62,173 nt of DNA, taken from contig MEDX01000008.1 of assembly GCA_001724245.1 (NCBI GenBank), positions 1 through 62,173 on the forward strand, read 5' to 3'. The position numbers and the translations under genes are program-made. The DNA is from Fonticula-like sp. SCN 57-25 (taxonomy: Eukaryota). Below, piece after piece: positions 35,501 through 46,800 of this stretch; position 1 is the first letter of the stretch; every line of letters starts with the position of its first letter. The notes under the pieces are model-generated. The model worked only from the letters and a program-made list of their open reading frames with translations. It did not search any database and was not told the DNA's origin.

Positions 35501-37880
35501 GGGCATCAATTGTAACAGTGTCGCGGTTTCCATATTCGGTGAATAGAACCTGATACTGCGATCCCACTACCGACTCGATCACCGCGTCGTACCAAACGCC
35601 GTCCTCGGACCAGCGCGCCTGGCACTTGTCGCCAACGGACCAGCGAGGCGGCGCTACTGAGGAAGAGCTCGTGGGGAGAGCGGGAGCGGGGCTACCCTCG
35701 AGCGGGCGAAGGCCATCGACCGTTACAGTGTCGCGGTTGCCGTACTCGGTAAACAAAACGGAATACTGCGATCCCGATACCGACTCGATCACTGCGCCAT
35801 ACCAAACGCCGTCTTCCGACCAGCAAGCTTGGCACTTGTCGCCGACGGACCAGCGAGGCACCACCACGGAAGCGGCGGGGGCAGGGACAGATATAGATCC
35901 TCCCTCAAGTGGGCGAAGGCCATCAGCCGATACAGTGTCGCGGTTGCCGTACTCGGTAAACAAAACTGAATACTGCGATCCCGATACCGACTCGATCACT
36001 GCGTCATACCAAATGCCATCTTCCGACCAGCGTGCGCTACACGCATCTCCGACAGCCCAACGCGCCGGCTTGGAAGCGGCTGCCTGCGCGACCGGTTTGG
36101 CTGGCGCCGGAGGCTCCTTGACGGGAGGCAGCTCGGGGGTTAAAGACTGCACATGCCGTTGTCTTTCCGAATCCGTTGTTCCCCTCGGCAGCAGGGCGGA
36201 AGCCGGCAGCGTATCACGGTTGCCGTACTCGGTGAAAAGCACGGTAAATTTATCTCCGTCCACACTCTCAATAACGGCGTCATACCACACGCCATCCTCT
36301 GACCAGCAGGCAGAGCAGAGATCGCCGGCGGCCCAGTAGCCCTTCTTATCCGAGATGCCGGCGGACAAGGCGCGCATGCGGTCGGCGCCGACAACCTCAC
36401 GATTACCATAGTCAATGAACAGAACATGGTACTGGTCGCCCTCCACCTTTTCTACAACCGCCGTGTACCAGACGTCATCGACGGTGTAACGGGCCATGCA
36501 CTTGTCGCCCACGTTCCACAGGGAGCCGGAGAGCGACTGGCGGTTCTCGAGCGGCTGGATGCTCGTTACATCCACAGTATCCTCATTGCCATACTCGGGG
36601 AACACAACCCGGAACGACTTGCCTTCCTCGACAACCTCTTCAATCGTTGCGTCGTACCAAACGTCGTCCTGCGTCCAGCGAGCGAGGCACTTGTCGCCCA
36701 CTTTCCACGGAAGGCCCCGAATAGATTGCATCCCCACGACGCTGGAATTGCCATACTCTGTGAACAGCACGTCATAAAGCTTCTTGTTTGGCGAGACAGA
36801 GGTGACAATCGCCCTGTACCACACGCCGTCCTCGAGCCACTTGGCAACGACATGGTCACCTTGCCGCCAGGACGGTGGCTCCTTTGCAACCGCCTCGTCC
36901 ACTTTAACAGTGGCGGACGGTATGGCCAGCGCAGTGACCATGGAGAGAACACGGACTGCGTCGCCTCCAACCTCGTCTTCATTGCCATAGTCTGTGAAGC
37001 GGACTCTGAAGCGGTTGGAATCCGAGATGGCAATGATTTCCGCCTTGTACCAAATGCCATCTTCCGACCACCGCGCTTCGCAAATATCGCCCACAACCCA
37101 CTCGGGGGAAGCACGAACGGCGTCCGCCTTTACAATGTCAATATTACCATACTCCGAAAATGTCACAAGGTAGCGCCGGAGGGAAAGAATGCTGGTGATG
37201 GTCGCTTTGTACCAGACATTGTCTGTCCACCGCGCCTCGACCTTGTCATTGACCCTGAATTCGCCAAAAGGCTCCAGTGAAGCAAATCCGCCTCGCGGGC
37301 GCACCAACGAAAGGGGAACATAGTCTACCTGCTTTGCCTCCCAAAAAACCACGAGCCCTGACGTCTGATCCTTGGAGATCGATTCGAATCGCGCTGGATA
37401 CCAGCAGCCATCTGCCAGCCACAGCGCCTCTACCAGCTCGCCTACCTTGACAACTGAAACAATATTGTATTAGCAAACCAGGCAAAAGAAAAAGCACTGG
37501 GTACCCGTGCGTGACGGCCTTGCTGGGCGAATCTGGCTCGGTGGCACAACCGGCTTGCCTGCGTTGAGCAGGTTCACCGTCCAAATCGAGCGATCAGACG
37601 AGATCGCCGCGACAGTAGCCAGGTGCCACATCTCATTTCTAAATATCTGACACGCGCTGCCGACCTCTAGGCGACTCAGGTCCGCAGGTAGCGGTGCTGC
37701 GGTGCGCCGCTCTGGCTTGGCCCATGATCGAGGCGGCGTCGAAGACACGCCTCCATGCGGCGACGCAGGGGAAGGTGACGCTTTCGACTGCGACGGCGCT
37801 TCCGTCCGCTGAAGCCGAGCACGTTCCAGATCCCCTGGAGTGACAGGCTTGGGTGCGCGAGCTCGCCGCAAATCCGCCAT
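29569..37880 (-). CDS. Giant multi-Tudor DExH RNA helicase: 19 Tudor domains + TDRD9/Spindle-E-type helicase + candidate C-terminal Zn-binding domain
   Basis: Repeated WxVGDxCxAxWSEDxxWYxAxI...VxFxEYGN; helicase motifs GSTGSGKTTQVPQYILD, TQPRRIAAISVA, spliced DEVHER, MSAT, LVFLPG, STNIAESSITVPDV, QRAGRAGRV; HA2 GRITPLGRIFAALP; AAFTPNY. Confidence 0.9.
35514..36060. repeat. Three near-identical coding tandem repeats (~207-210 nt period) encoding Tudor domains 9-11
   Basis: TCGCGGTT(G/T)CC(G/A)TA(C/T)TCGGT at 35521, 35731 and 35938, each followed by TACTGCGATCCC...CCGACTCGATCAC. Confidence 0.85.
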
Positions 37881-37976
37881 TCGGCTACGGTGCGGCGCGC
37901 TCACTGACCTTTTGATGTGAAATGCGAAGTCACGATCGACTTTGATGACACACGACAGCTGCTGCGACGGTCGACG

Positions 37977-40534
37977 ATGCTTCCTCGCCTCGCGCGTCGA
38001 TCGCTCGTGGAGCTGCCGTGGTTTGGCAAGAGAGTTGCCAATGCAGGGCAGACCGAGGTAGGCGACCGTCTACTTGGTATGGACCTGCGCTATTTGCTTG
38101 CTCACTCTCTAATGCGTGTGGCCTAGTCGGACGCAAGGTGTCAGCCAAAGGATGGCACGTAACTATCCGAAACATCTCCAAGGAGACGCTTTTTGTTAGG
38201 CTTAACTACGGGAACGACGTGAATGCTGGCATTCAGTCGTTTAAACTTGGTGGGACCAAGGACGCTGAGAAGCTTCAGGCATTGTCGGCCATCCACGCGG
38301 CACGCGAGTTTGGGGTGTACACCGTCTCGGCGCCACCCAGCCTGCGCGATACAGCGAGCAACACCGAGGCGAGGCTCTTCTTTTCGGCGGACCCAGATCA
38401 TTTGAAAGGAACCTGGGAAGAGCTTGAGCAGCGGCCGACGGTTCATTCCATCGCTGTTGAGCGCAATGATGAAGTTTCGCTTCACCCGACGCACCCTCCG
38501 TCCAAGACATACCTGGTGGAGCGCGCCCACCGTGCCCGCAAAACTCTCGAGACCGCCCCTTCCCCTGCAGAGCAGCAATCCAAGACGCCGGCGTCTTTGT
38601 TTTCAATCTCAAGTGCGGCTGACTTGAAGGAGCTGCCGACCAAGGCCACTGCCTTGCTGAAGCAGATATCGCAGGGAGTGCAGTTACCTCTGACAATGCG
38701 TACGCTGATGCCGCTTGTTGCATGGATATTTGAATACTGACCTCGAGCAGCCTCATTGGACAACATGAAGTCGATGGTTTCTTCGACGCTGCAGCGCAAC
38801 CTCGTGCTGTGGCCTTTCATGGAAGACGCGCGAGCGTTTGTCAAGGATGAAAAGCGCAACCCGGAAATCTCGCAACCTGCCTCTGTCCGGGTTGGTTCTT
38901 CTCTTGGTTTCCAGGAGCGATACTTTAGGGAAGCGCGCCAGAAGGCGACGGCGGCGGCATTTGAGCGCTTCCTCGGGCTCTCGACGGGCTCGGTGAACCC
39001 GCGCGATGTGCCGACCATCGGGTTCGGAGGCAGCGGCGGCGGCCATCGCGCCATGCTTGGCTCTCTTGGAGCACTGATGGCCATGGAGGACGAAGGACTG
39101 CTCGACGCGACAATGTACCTGGCCGGAGTGGTTCGTTTGCGAAACGAGTATAATTGGCCTCTTTTCTAACGCGCCGCTTGCAGTCCGGGACGACGTGGCT
39201 ATTGGCGCAAATGTACCAGCACAACGCAGTGGTTCCGTCGCTGGCATATCTTAGGCAACAAATGATTCCTCGCGTGAGGAACGTGCAGCGCCTGTTCGAG
39301 TCGGTAGAGCAGGCAAAATCCATCGCGTACCAAATCGCTGCCAAGGTGACCGCCGACTATGACGTGGGCATCGTCGACATGTACGGCATGATGCTCGCCA
39401 TCCACCTTTTGCCAGAGGCGGCAAAGAACCAGTACGTGGTGCCTAAATAAGTGGGCATCGTGCTAATCACAATCACATAACAGTTACTACTTGAAAATGT
39501 CATCGTGGGCGCCGAGGTTATTGACCGGGTCAGCTCCCCTTCCTATCTTTTCGTGTGTCGGCCTGAATGACGACTTGAGGGCGTGGTTCGAGTACACGCC
39601 TTTTGAAGTCGGTATGTATATTTGCTCTGTGTGCTCGTGACTAAGCTTTCGGCCACGCAGGGAGCCACGAGCTTGGCGCCTTTGTCCCCACGTGGTCATT
39701 TGGGCGGCCCTTTGAGAAGGGGTACTCGGCCTCTGGCGCCCCCGAGCTGAGCTTGGTGCGTATAATGTCTGGTTATCCTTGTTCTTATGTTTTTGCGCGT
39801 AGGGTAATGTCATGGGCGTGGCGGGCTCGGCGTTCTGCTTCACCGTGGGAAACGCGATGCAGGAACTCAAGCGGTTCATGAAGCCCGATGTCTATGCCGC
39901 CGTCAACGCGATTGTCCTGACGGAATTGGCAAAGTACAAGAACAAGTCTGTCACTCCTCCAGCGTCGTTTAACAATTTTGTTTCTGGTCTGCCGGGCATC
40001 AACGCGGACTGGTCCAAAAATGAGAATCTCCTGCTCGCCGACGCAGCCCTTCACGTGCGATTTGATGCTGGCAATACCGCTTTCTTACGTGTACTTTAGT
40101 GTAATCTCCCGTTTGAGCCGCTTATGCGTCCGGAGCGCGAGGTCGACCTCATCCTGATGCTGGACGCGTCGGCTGGCCTCCAGGGCGCCCCGCAGCTCGT
40201 GCAGGCACGCGGGCACGCCGAAGCCAAAAAGGCGCCGTTTGTGGACATTTCTGCGCCGCAGGTGAACCAGATTCCTTTTAGACTCCTTAGCGGCATTGGG
40301 ACCCCCAAGGTGGCGTACTACCCGCTGGTGAAGAACGAGGGCCACTCGTCCTTTGACCCGTCTGCGGGGCATTCGTTCATGCGCACGTCCAACTTTGAGT
40401 ACACCCCCGAGCAGGCCATGCTCGTTTCGGAGCTGGCTAGATTCAATGTGGCGAGCTCCATGCCTGCGCTGCGCAAGGAGCTGTACAACATATACTTGAT
40501 GAAGCGGTCCAAGCGGCGCAAGACCCCGTGGTGA
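37977..40534 (+). CDS. Cytosolic phospholipase A2/lysophospholipase catalytic-domain protein
   Basis: GSGGGHRAM oxyanion motif, YLAGVSGTTW nucleophile, LADAALHCNLPFEPLMRPEREVDLI Asp motif; Arg-rich N-terminus. Confidence 0.87.
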
Positions 40535-40696
40535 GCGGAGCCCGCATCGGAATTTAGCACCCTTATGCAATATGAACTATCCTTCTTGTATTGGTTATAT
40601 GTGAATTTTTGTAGTCGAGCATGTCTTAATGAACTCTCCCTTTCCCGAGCGTCTTCGAGGCGGCGCTCGAGTAGCGCAACACTCCAAAGAAACTAG

Positions 40697-40808
40697 CCAA
40701 TTGTCAACCTGTCATTCCCTAAACGAACCAATCAGCGATCGGCATATTTGGCGCGAACTCGAAACGCACCATCCTCTGTCCCGCAGGTATCGCCCGCGCA
40801 CATTTGAA
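40697..40808 (+). promoter_or_regulatory. CDC7 promoter: 2x CCAAT, E2F site, CDE/CHR-like element
   Basis: CCAAT 40697 and 40728; TTTGGCGCGAA 40747-40757; CCCGCG-caca-TTTGAA 40793-40808. Confidence 0.6.
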
Positions 40809-40893
40809 TCTTGCCGATATTCGCCGCCACTGGCGCTCGAGGCTGCGCTAGTGTGGAATAAGGAATACCTTTATTGAGAGTTGAATTTTCAAC

Positions 40894-42447
40894 ATGGGGG
40901 AGAGCGACGACCTTAGCTGGGTGGTACGCAAAGAGGACCTCCAACCGACGCCGGCTAACTAGCGCCCTTAGCCCGAATTCGCCGAGTCCGAGATCAACGC
41001 GGTCTACGACGACTTTCCGGGGCTTCGCAACCGATACAAGCTAATTTCGCGAATTGGCGATGGTACGCCCGGCAGCTTTGGCTGGCTTTCCTTGGACTAT
41101 CCTTGCTGACGAGCGCGCGCAGGCACGTTCAGCGCCGTCTACAAGGCGTGCCTCTTGGACGACCCGACAAAGCTCTTTGCCTTGAAAAGGATTTACGTGG
41201 TGAGTTCTCCGAGCCGTATTGTCTCTGAAGTGTCCTTTTTGCGGGATTTGGGGTGCGCATTCCACACGCCTTTCGTCATCCACCTCACACCTGCCCTAGG
41301 GGCCGACATAATGTGGTCGGCATTGTGGAAGGGATCCGCGAGCGCGACCAGATAATCATCGTCCTCGCTTATTTTGAGCATACTGATTTCAAGAAAATTA
41401 TTCAAGACCCGAGTGTTGACCTTATCCGAACGTACATGGGCGAGCTCTTTGAGGCGCTGGCTTACGTCCACTCGCGCGGCGTCGTTCACCGCGATGTGAA
41501 ACCGGCCAACTTTCTGTTCAACTTGGACACCCGAAAGGCCATGTTGGTAGACTTTGGCCTTGCCCAGTCTCTCGTACGCTGTTCTTCCTTGTTCCTTTGT
41601 GTCATTTTAACGTGAGAGCCTTAGTCTGAGCTCCGCCCTGACGGCCCGCCGTCATCAAAGCGGATGCACCTCGAGTCGCAGCAGCCTGCGCGAGCGCCGT
41701 CTATCTCAAACCTCGTCAAGCTCAAGCCTACCTCCACATATAACGCCGACGACCCACGGTTCGCATAAAACTGCTCCTTTCTCGATATGCTCACGAGCTC
41801 CAAAGGTCACGGTTGAAAGCGCCGCGCGCCGGCACGCGAGGCTTCCGCCCGCCAGAGGTGCTCCTTCGCTCCCCGCGCCAGTCCGGAGGTACGTGCCGCC
41901 CATCGTGGTTTGCTTTTGTTCACACCTATCTGCGAAGCCCTGGACGTGTGGGCCGCCGGCGTTATCCTGCTGTCCCTTATCACGGGCCGCTATCCGTTCT
42001 TCCTCTCCAAGGACGATAACTATGGTCTGTGGGAGTTTCACCTCATCTTTGGCCCCGGCAAGCTGCAGGAAGCGGCCGCCCTCTGTGGTACGTTTTATGC
42101 GCTCTTGCGCACCTGCATGTGTGCTTACTCGTGCGTGCGTTTCCATAGACCGGCGCATCTCTTTGGCCGAGCCGCCAGCGCCTTCTCATATTAACGCAAA
42201 CCACACGGTCGACTGGCGCGCGCTGTGCGAGCGCCTCCGCCCTGCCATCGCCGGGCGGTACCCCGACAGCCTCTACGAGCTGCTGGATAAGTGTCTCGAT
42301 CCCGTCGGGGCACGCCGCCTGCGCGCCATGGACGCTTTCTCGGAGCGCTTCTTCCTCGAGTCAAGCGAGGCGCCCCCAGCCTTCACGAGCGTCGGCGCAC
42401 CTGCGACTCCCGACACCTCGCGGGACCCCATCGCGGGCCACTCGTAA
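40894..42447 (+). CDS. CDC7: Cell division control protein 7 kinase
   Basis: IGDGTFSAVYKA, ALKRIYVVSSPSRI.SE, HRDVKPANFL, LVDFGLAQ, APRAGTRGFRPPEVL, DVWAAGVILL..ITGRYPFF. Confidence 0.93.
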
Positions 42448-42586
42448 TACCAATGCGAATGTATCTACATCACTCAAATTCACCTGTGAATATATTTTTA
42501 TGATACTTTTTTGTGGTTATTGCTGGGTCGATAAAGCGCAGAGGAACTCTAGATTTCCCGCGCAATTCACGTGACGTCGTCGAAGG

Positions 42587-43713
42587 ATGGCGGGCATCAG
42601 GCTGCCGCCTCGCGGCGCGACAATTGAAGAGATTGAAGACTCCCAAGAGCCGGAAACTGTAGAGGACGTTGATATCCCCGCCGACATTGCCAACGACCCA
42701 AAATTCCATCAGCTTTTGACGCGGTTTGGCCGCGCGGTGCAGGATCGTGATCTCGAGCGTCAGCTTCCTGGCAAGGCACCGATCAAGGAGGAGGACGTGC
42801 TACCGGGGTTCTGCTACTATGTAGCATTGGAAAAGAGCGTGAATGGGGCCTCTTTTATATACGTCAATGTAACACACTCCGGCGGTATCCCGGACGCGCA
42901 GCTGCCGTCCTCGGATGAGCTTGTCACTTTGCTCGAGGATCCTGCTGCCTCCATGAAGTTGCCCATCCTGGTCGGCGACGTTCGCCAGGACACCGAGAGT
43001 ACGCTTTGCTCTTTCGTTACCTTACTTGAGGCTAAGTGCAATGAAAGATGGAAAACCCTGTGGCATCATCGACGTGTGCGTGGCTACCAAAGTGGTTGAG
43101 CGCGCGTCACGCGATCCCGTCTACCGCCACGCCATTGCCCTGCTGGCGCTCGACTGGGTGGAGGACCGCGCCCCAGAACTTGACTTTGACCGCGGTGCGT
43201 AGCGTGTGCGGCTATGAGCCTTGACTCACGCTCCTGTCGACCACTAGGCACCATCCGCGTTGTCCCTGTTCCCTTCAAGGGAAAGCTGAGCAAGCATTTC
43301 CGGCGCCACGCGCTCGTCAGCGATATGCCGGCGCCGGCCCCGAGCGCCGCGCCCGCCGCTAAACCACTAAGCGCAGCTAAGGAGAATAGCAAGCCGACCT
43401 CACTGTCGCCCCCGACCTTGACCATTGCGAACCGCCCTGGGCCGGACGGCACGCCGCACATTGTCCTGGAGGTCCACCTTGTCCGCTTGGTACGACTCGA
43501 ACTACACGCCGCCTCGAGTGCTAACGGCTTCGGCAGGCTTCAGCAGATAACCTTATTGTCGAGTTGGATGAGGAGCGGCTGTACGTTGACGCTGGGAGAG
43601 AGTACCATTGGAGCTGTCGGCTACCGAGCGACTTTGACGGCGCGCAAGCGGCGGCCAAGTTTGTTAAGAGCAAGCGCTTGCTGCGCGTGTCGGCGCCGGC
43701 AAAGCGCGCATAA
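42587..43713 (+). CDS. PIH1 domain-containing protein (R2TP co-chaperone, PIH1D1/Nop17-like)
   Basis: PGFC, IYVNVTHS..IP, KLPILVGDVR, C.IIDV, FKG, and a C-terminal CS-like domain (AKFVKSKRLLRV). Confidence 0.8.
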
Positions 43714-43845
43714 GGAGCGGCGGAAAGTGATGTGTATTATATAATAGTATATTGCCATATTCAATATTCAATAACATGATTATCGTCGTTTGTCGCATGA
43801 AAAAAATGAGCAAGGCGAGCGAGTGATAGGAAAGGGAAAGAGCGG

Positions 43846-46800
43846 CTACATGTTGTAGCAAACCTTGCAATACGGCTGCTTATCCCGCGAGTAGAAGCTC
43901 TCGTCCAAAAGGTTCTTCTTGCAGTTGTAGCAGTTGAAGTGGTGCGGGTGGTAGCGCTTTCCGAGCGCATACATGATCTGGGACGTCAGCCCCTCGTTGC
44001 AGACGCAGCACTTGAAGTGGGTGTTGCAGTAGAGCTGGCCCTCGAAGGTGAGGTACTGCCGGCCGGCGAGGCTGCGGCCACAGTCCTTGCACGAGAAGCA
44101 GCGCGTGTGCAGCTTCTGGTTGTTGTACGTGACGCTCTCGCCTTCGATGGGGCCGCCGCACTTGCCGCACCGGTTGCCCGCGCGCGACAAAAAGTGCTCG
44201 CGGCAGTACGGGCGCTTGGCCTCGTCGGTCATGAAGGAGCTGCTCAGCTCGCAGTTGCACTCGGTGCACGTGAAGCAGTTCTTGTGCCACTTGCGGCCGA
44301 GCGCCTCCACGACGCTCTCGTTAATCGTCTGGTTGCACTTTGCGCACGAGTACGTCGCGTGGTAGTCCTTTTCGCAGAAGAGCTCGCGGTCGTGGAAGAA
44401 GAACTTTTGGCCCTCGAGCGACGATGAGCATACGGAGCTGGCAAAGGGTTAGCTAAAAGCGGTCAAAAACCGATACTGCGTACCAGTTGAAATGCTCGGC
44501 GTGCCACTGGAAGCCGGCCCACGAGTGGAAGAGCGAGGTGCCAAGGTCATCACCGCAGCCGTAGCAGAGGTTCGCCTCCTCCTCGTCAAGAAGCTTGTTG
44601 ACGGATGCTGTGATGGCCTGGCAAAAGGGTAAGCAACAAGAGCGGAGCTGTGCATGTAAAGCGCACCTCGACATTGGACACGGCGTCCGGGATCTCCAGG
44701 GCGGTGAGATTCGTGAGATTGGCGCGACCGGCGCTCTGGGCCTGGGCAATGAGGTCGTCCACGCTGCTCTCCTGGACCGAGATCGTCGGCGTCGCGGCGA
44801 TCGGCGCGAGCGCCGGTGAGTCGCTCCCATCGGGAATCGAACCGACAATCGCGTTCGCGGCGTTCACAGCCTCGTCCAAGTCGGCGAGCATAGCCTCGAG
44901 CTTGCTCAGGTTCTTGCGCGCAATGGTCGGCTCGGCCGCCGACGAGGCAGCGGCGGCGGTCGCAGGTGTGCGCTTGAGCGTCGCCTGCTTCTGGTACTCG
45001 GGAAAGTCCGCCACCGGGATGGAGCCGTCGAGGGTTGCCTTCATCGGTAGGCCCACAATGGGCGTGTCGGGCTCGACGGGCGCCACGCCGCGGATAATCG
45101 AAAAGGTCGTCGCGGTCTTGTCGCGCGACGTCGGACGCTGCATGGTGGGGGACGACTGCAGCGTCTGGCGCTTGATGGACGACATGGCCGCGGGCGGCGG
45201 GCCGACTGCCCTGATGACCGGGCGGCTGGGAGCCGTAGCGGGCGCAGGGGTCGGCGCAACGTTGTCCGACATGACACGGCGGTGAGCGTTGGCCGCGAGG
45301 GGGGACTCGGGACCGCGGCCAGATTGCGGGGTGTACGGGCTCCGCGAACGGGCAATGTCGGCAGCCTGGACGTGGCGGTCGCGCAGCGTGTTCAGCATGA
45401 GCGCCAGACGGTCGTAGATGGGCCGGTTCTCCGTGTCGGTCTCGTCGATCACCTTGGCGCGGGCCATCTCAAAGTGCTGGAAGAGGCGGAAGCACTCGCG
45501 CGCATAGTCGGGCTTGCGCGAGGAGCCGCTGCCAGGCGGCGCAATGTCCCAGGGCAGCACGCTACGCTTCAGCTGAGCCACATGGCCGAGCTTGGGAATG
45601 GAAACCGCGTCAATGAAGACCTTGACGCGGTCCAAGTTGGCAAGGATCAGCGGGTTCATGTTGCGCATGTACTCCTCCTTGTAGCCGAACTCGACAAGAT
45701 TGGCGAGGTTCTGCAGGACCTTGGCGATCAGCGTGAGCGTGCGGGCTTGGGCGCGCGTCATGGGGTTGCTCCACAGGCTGAAGAGCTTCGGGCCCAGCAC
45801 GGCAGGGCAGAAGAAGCGGAGGAAAATGAAGCCCGAAACAGACACATACTTGGCCTGCTCGTTCTCGGGGTACTTGCTCGTCACCTTCTCGCGAATGTGG
45901 TAGAAGACGTCGCAGAAGGACCTAAAGGGCCGTGTCAGCGCTAAAAGCAAAGAACGGAGACGCTAAAAAGCAAACGCACTGGGGGCACTTGCTTGCCGAC
46001 GCGAGCACGATGTCAATCGTGGACGTGACGTAAGCCTCGAGGTTCTTCCAGTTCTTCTCCAGATCGTCGCCCTTGTTCAGGCGCATCGGGTCCACCTCGC
46101 ACGGATTGTTCTCCGTCAGGATGTTCTTAATGTGCGCGCTAAGCGTCTCCTGCAGGTAGGGGAAGCCAACCAGCTTCATGTAGACATCGATACCCTTTGA
46201 CGCCATCGAGTTGCCACGGAAGAGGGTGTTGACGTCGACTAGGGTGGGGGTGAGCACGAGCAGGAAAAGAACCATGAAAGTGCGCACTGGTAGACTCGAC
46301 TTCCTGGGAAACCATGTCGCAGAGAAAGTCCAGCGCCTCCTTGCTCTCGTCGTACACGTAGAGGAGCGTGCGCGCCGCCTCGTCGCGCTGGTTCGACCAG
46401 CGCCCAAGCTGGGTGGCCAGCAGGTAGTGGTTCTCCTTGGACAGGCCAATGAGATCTCTGTAGACGTCGCGGTTGAGAATAATCTCCTCCGAGTAGAGCA
46501 GACGCATGCGAACAGAGCCGCGAGACTGGTCACCGCGAATAGGGGAGGTGTCGGCCGGTGTCATCTGGAGGCGGCGGACAAACTGCCTAGCGATATTAAG
46601 GTCGGGCTTGAATTCGCGGCGCGTTTCCTTCTTGGCGTGCTTCTTCAGAATATTCTTGGCGGCCTTGAGACCGTCGTCCTTGCCCTTTTGCGTCGCAGGC
46701 GCGGGCTGGAGAATGTACCACTCGCTAACCGTGCACGCGTCCGGCAACTCGGCCACGTGGACGGTAAAATGGCCCATAAAGTCGTCGCTGCCAAAGCGGT

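Noticed and set aside
35514-36060. Spaced direct repeats as a CRISPR array or mobile element
   Set aside because: They are in-frame protein-domain repeats in a eukaryotic gene; no cas, transposase or terminal repeats were seen in the window.
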